Shown here piece after piece: positions 60,286 through 64,000 of a stretch of 64,000 nt of DNA. Position numbers and translations under genes: made by a program. Position 1 is the stretch's first letter, and each line of letters starts with the position of its first letter. This DNA comes from Gammaproteobacteria bacterium (lineage in GTDB: Bacteria > Pseudomonadota > Gammaproteobacteria > Eutrophobiales > Eutrophobiaceae). The notes below the pieces were generated by a model. That model saw nothing but the letters and a program-made list of their open reading frames with translations. It did not search any database and was not told the origin of the DNA. The stretch spans positions 832,001 to 896,000 of the forward strand of contig CBDEUK010000002.1 of assembly GCA_965243205.1 (NCBI GenBank), read 5' to 3'.

Positions 60286-61371
60286 TTATAAAACGGCCTT
60301 AGGGTATGAACCTAATACTTTTACTAATGATGCAGAATCATTGAGTTGTTTTAGAGTTTGGATCACTGCAGCGTCACCAATATGTCCTTCAAAATCCGCA
60401 AAGAATACATAGTCCCACATACCTTTACGTGAAGGTCTAGATTCAATTCTGGTTAAACTAATACTGTTATTGGCAAAACACGATAATAAATCATGTAAAG
60501 CGCCCGGTTTATTGGGTGCAGTAAATAAAATCGATGTTTTATCTTTACCACTGGCTGGGGTTTCACGTTTTCCTAAAATTAAAAACCTTGTGGTGTTATC
60601 AGGTTCATCTTCAATATTTTTTGATAATGCATTCAAACTATATAACTCTGCTGCTGTTTCGCTCGCTATAGCAGCCGCATTACTTTCTTCTACTGCTCGT
60701 TGACAACCGACTGCATTACTGGAAACACTGATGCGTTCTGCATTCGGTAAATGTTCATCTAACCAAGCACGGCATTGTGATAACGCTTGTTGGTGTGCAT
60801 AGATTTTTTTAATCGAACCTGAATCTTTTTCATTGGATAACAAATGATGATGAATACGTAATTCTACTTCACCACAAATTTTCAAATTCGAATTGATCAA
60901 TAAATCTAGGGTATGGTTCACCACTCCCTCGATAGAGTTTTCAATTGGCACTACACCATAATGACTATCACCCGCTTCCACATCACGAAACACATTAGCG
61001 ATACTGTTATGTGAGGCAGTTTTAACCGAGTGTCCAAAGTGTTTTATTGCCGCTGCTTGAGTGAATGTACCTTCGGGGCCGAGATACGCCACGCACATTG
61101 GTAATTCCAAGGCCAAACAGACTGACATGATCTCTCGAAATAACCTAGCCGCTTCTTCATTAGATATTGGGCCTTTGTTTGAGTCCAGAATCTTTTGTAA
61201 CACTTGCGCTTCGCGCTCTGGTCGATAGAAAACCGCATTTTCATCTTCTGTGCGTTTCGCTTCCGCAACTTGACCCGCAAGCGCAGCACGCTGATTGAGT
61301 AACTCTAAAAGTTTCTCATCAGTTGCATCAATTTCTGTACGCAGTTGTTGTAATTGTTTTTTATCGGACAT
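60286..61371 (-). CDS. pheA: Chorismate mutase/prephenate dehydratase (P-protein)
   Basis: LRTEID, YLGPEGTF, PIENSIEG, NTTRF, IESRPS, LGSYP. Confidence 0.97.
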   Translation of the reverse strand: MSDKKQLQQLRTEIDATDEKLLELLNQRAALAGQVAEAKRTEDENAVFYRPEREAQVLQKILDSNKGPISNEEAARLFREIMSVCLALELPMCVAYLGPEGTFTQAAAIKHFGHSVKTASHNSIANVFRDVEAGDSHYGVVPIENSIEGVVNHTLDLLINSNLKICGEVELRIHHHLLSNEKDSGSIKKIYAHQQALSQCRAWLDEHLPNAERISVSSNAVGCQRAVEESNAAAIASETAAELYSLNALSKNIEDEPDNTTRFLILGKRETPASGKDKTSILFTAPNKPGALHDLLSCFANNSISLTRIESRPSRKGMWDYVFFADFEGHIGDAAVIQTLKQLNDSASLVKVLGSYPKAVL

Positions 61372-61495
61372 CGTTATAACTTGAATTGACTCAGATTATT
61401 TAGACTAAAGTCGAGAGTATACCTGAGTATTAAGCATAGGTAGAGCGAGTCTACATATCCTTTGATTTAACTGGTCTTGATTGTTTTGACTGAAT

Positions 61496-64000
61496 TTATT
61501 CGGCTTCAGTATCGTCTTCTTTATCTTCGATGATACGTTCTAGACTCGACAACTGCTCACCCTCTGAAACACTGACCAAGCGAACACCTTGAGTATTACG
61601 CCCCATGCTTGAAACGTCTTTCGCTGGGGTACGCATTAAAGTGCCATGACTGCTAATCAACATTACATCGTCATCATCATCAACAGCAACCGCGCCGATT
61701 ACCTTACCGTTACGATCAGTTGTTTGAATGGATATGACACCTACGCCGCCACGACCCTTACTGGCATAATCGTTAATTGGTGTGCGTTTACCATAACCAT
61801 TTTCCGTTGCGGTTAATACAGAACTTTCTTCATTTTCAACAACCAATAATGAAATGACTCGTTGCTCACCTGAAAGCTTGATGCCGCGGACACCTCTAGC
61901 GGTACGACCCATTGGACGCACATCTTTTTCATTAAAGCGAACCGCCTTACCCGCATCATTAAATAACATGATGTCATGTTCACCAACTGTAAGTTCGACC
62001 CCAACTAAGGTATTACCTTCGACTAATTCAATCGCGCGGATACCACTCGGGCGCGGTCGTGAAAAATCGGCCAAGCTACATTTTTTCACTGTACCATCGG
62101 CCGTTGCCATGAATAAGAATTTATCTTCGCTGAATTCACGAATTGGCATAATGGCATTAATGCGTTCACCTTCATCTAACGGCAATAGATTCACAATCGG
62201 TTTACCCCGAGCTGCGCGCGAGGCTTGCGGTAAGTTATACACCTTCATCCAATATAATTTGCCGATACTGGAGAAACATAAAATCGTATCGTGGGTACTG
62301 GCTACGAATAACTTATCGATAAAATCTTCTTCTTTAACATTCGTTGCAGATTTACCTTTACCACCACGACGTTGTGCACGGTAATCCGAAATCGGTTGGC
62401 ATTTCGCATAACCCGCATGCGATAAAGTTACAACCACATCCTCTTCGGTTATCAGATCTTCCATGGTTAAATCTTCTTGAGTCTCAACCAATTCAGTACG
62501 ACGTTCATCGCCGTATTGATCACGAATCTCAATTAATTCATCTTTAATAACATTTAATAAACGTTCTGGTCGCGACAGGATATCAATCAAATCAGCAATG
62601 CTTTCTAAAATATCACCGTATTCTTTTAAAACTTTATCTTGTTCTAAACCGGTTAAGCGTTGCAGTTTTAAATCTAAAATCGCCTGAGCTTGTACTTCTG
62701 ATAATTTATAACCTTCATCGCTCAAACCTAAACCTGGTTCGAGATCTTCTGGCTTAGAAGCATCAGCACCAGCACGCTTTAACATTTCAACCACGACACC
62801 CGATTGCCATATTGGTTTTAATAAAGCCGCTTTGGCTTCTGCTGGTGATGGTGATGATTTAATGAGTTCGATGATCGGATCAATATTGGCAAGAGCTACC
62901 GCTAAACCTTCTAAAATATGCGCTCTAGCGCGAGCTTTGCGTAAATTATAAACCGTCCTGCGGGTAACAACTTCTCGACGATGACGAATGAATGCCTCAA
63001 GAATTTGTTTAAGGTTTAACAATCTCGGTTGGTCATCGACCAAAGCCACCATATTAATGCCAAACACGGTTTGCATTTGAGTGAATTTATATAAGTTGTT
63101 CAGCAATACTTCAGGCACTTCACCTTTGCTTAACTCGATAACAATGCGCATACCGTCTTTATCGGATTCATCGCGTAAACCATCACGGCGAATACCTGTG
63201 ATTTTTTTATCTTTGGTAAGCTCAGCAATCTTTTCTAGTAACCGAGCTTTGTTCACTTGATAAGGCAATTCAGTGACTATGATAGCGCTGTGATCACCCA
63301 TATCTTCTATTTCGGTTCGTGCGCGAACGTAGATACGACCACGCCCAGTTAAGTACGCTTCATGAATACCACTGGTACCATTAATAATACCTGCAGTAGG
63401 AAAATCAGGCCCTGGAATATGTTGAATTAAATCGGCAATAGTAGTGTCGGGGTTATCTATTAGGGCGATAGAAGCAGAAATAACTTCGCTTAAATTATGG
63501 GACGGAATATTAGTTGCCATACCGACAGCAATACCACTCGATCCGTTAACTAATAAATTAGGTACTCGTGATGGCAGAACAACTGGTTCATGTTCTGAGC
63601 CATCGTAGTTTGCAGCATAGTCTACTGTTTCACGCTCAATATCTTGCAGCAATTCATGCGCAATCTTCGACATGCGGATTTCGGTATAACGCATCGCCGC
63701 TGGTGCATCACCATCGACAGAACCGAAGTTTCCTTGGCCATCAACCAAGGTATATCGAAGAGAAAAATCCTGCGCCATGCGCACAATGGTGTCGTAAATC
63801 GCGTTATCACCATGCGGGTGATATTTACCCATGACTTCACCGACCACACGCGCCGATTTTTTATACGGTTTGTTGTAATCATTGCCTGTCTCATGCATGG
63901 CATAAAGCACACGTCGATGCACTGGTTTTAAACCATCACGAACATCTGGAAGCGCTCTTCCCACGATCACGCTCATAGCGTAATCCATGTAGGATTGCTT
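61496..64000 (-). CDS. gyrA: DNA gyrase subunit A (5' end beyond the window)
   Basis: [34 protein letters not shown], GyrA-box QRRGGKG; frame open to the window end. Confidence 0.98.
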   Translation of the reverse strand, partial: KQSYMDYAMSVIVGRALPDVRDGLKPVHRRVLYAMHETGNDYNKPYKKSARVVGEVMGKYHPHGDNAIYDTIVRMAQDFSLRYTLVDGQGNFGSVDGDAPAAMRYTEIRMSKIAHELLQDIERETVDYAANYDGSEHEPVVLPSRVPNLLVNGSSGIAVGMATNIPSHNLSEVISASIALIDNPDTTIADLIQHIPGPDFPTAGIINGTSGIHEAYLTGRGRIYVRARTEIEDMGDHSAIIVTELPYQVNKARLLEKIAELTKDKKITGIRRDGLRDESDKDGMRIVIELSKGEVPEVLLNNLYKFTQMQTVFGINMVALVDDQPRLLNLKQILEAFIRHRREVVTRRTVYNLRKARARAHILEGLAVALANIDPIIELIKSSPSPAEAKAALLKPIWQSGVVVEMLKRAGADASKPEDLEPGLGLSDEGYKLSEVQAQAILDLKLQRLTGLEQDKVLKEYGDILESIADLIDILSRPERLLNVIKDELIEIRDQYGDERRTELVETQEDLTMEDLITEEDVVVTLSHAGYAKCQPISDYRAQRRGGKGKSATNVKEEDFIDKLFVASTHDTILCFSSIGKLYWMKVYNLPQASRAARGKPIVNLLPLDEGERINAIMPIREFSEDKFLFMATADGTVKKCSLADFSRPRPSGIRAIELVEGNTLVGVELTVGEHDIMLFNDAGKAVRFNEKDVRPMGRTARGVRGIKLSGEQRVISLLVVENEESSVLTATENGYGKRTPINDYASKGRGGVGVISIQTTDRNGKVIGAVAVDDDDDVMLISSHGTLMRTPAKDVSSMGRNTQGVRLVSVSEGEQLSSLERIIEDKEDDTEAE

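Noticed and set aside
61854-62384. Long antisense ORFs (176 aa here; also 49897-50307, 26152-26550, 19877-20227, 1829-2173 and others)
   Set aside because: Shadow frames of conserved genes with no RBS or recognisable motifs.

Overview
AT-rich chromosomal segment of a gammaproteobacterium, mostly housekeeping and mostly on the minus strand: gyrA(partial)-pheA-hisC-tyrA-aroA-cmk-rpsA-ihfB-lapA-lapB-mfd; glyA-nrdR-ribD-ribE-ribBA-ribH-nusB-thiL; htpG-HD-GYP-prmB...aroC; alaC-hom-thrC-recJ; prfB (programmed +1 frameshift)-lysS. It also carries three c-di-GMP enzymes and a class I adenylate cyclase. I see no rRNA, tRNA, CRISPR array, transposase or prophage. The most interesting region is 1.6-8.4 kb. 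It holds an HvfA-type EGxCG-repeat RiPP precursor, its DUF692 MNIO and DUF2063 partner, then a two-PepSY acidic protein resembling the lanthanide-binding protein lanpepsy. A 72-nt antisense-favoured hairpin lies between the last two genes, and the HvfX-type DoxX is displaced about 4 kb behind an ALDH and a glutamate-synthase-like flavoprotein. Other signals: a TA-flanked palindromic MITE-like element in two copies (one supplies the only canonical start codons of an LpxR-family gene), an orphan tlpA-soxC-cytochrome c block splitting prmB-aroC, sigma28-like promoters before cyclic-nucleotide genes, a CxxCxxxC insert in ThrC, and Asn at GyrA position 83. All family calls come from motif recognition by eye; no database searches were run.
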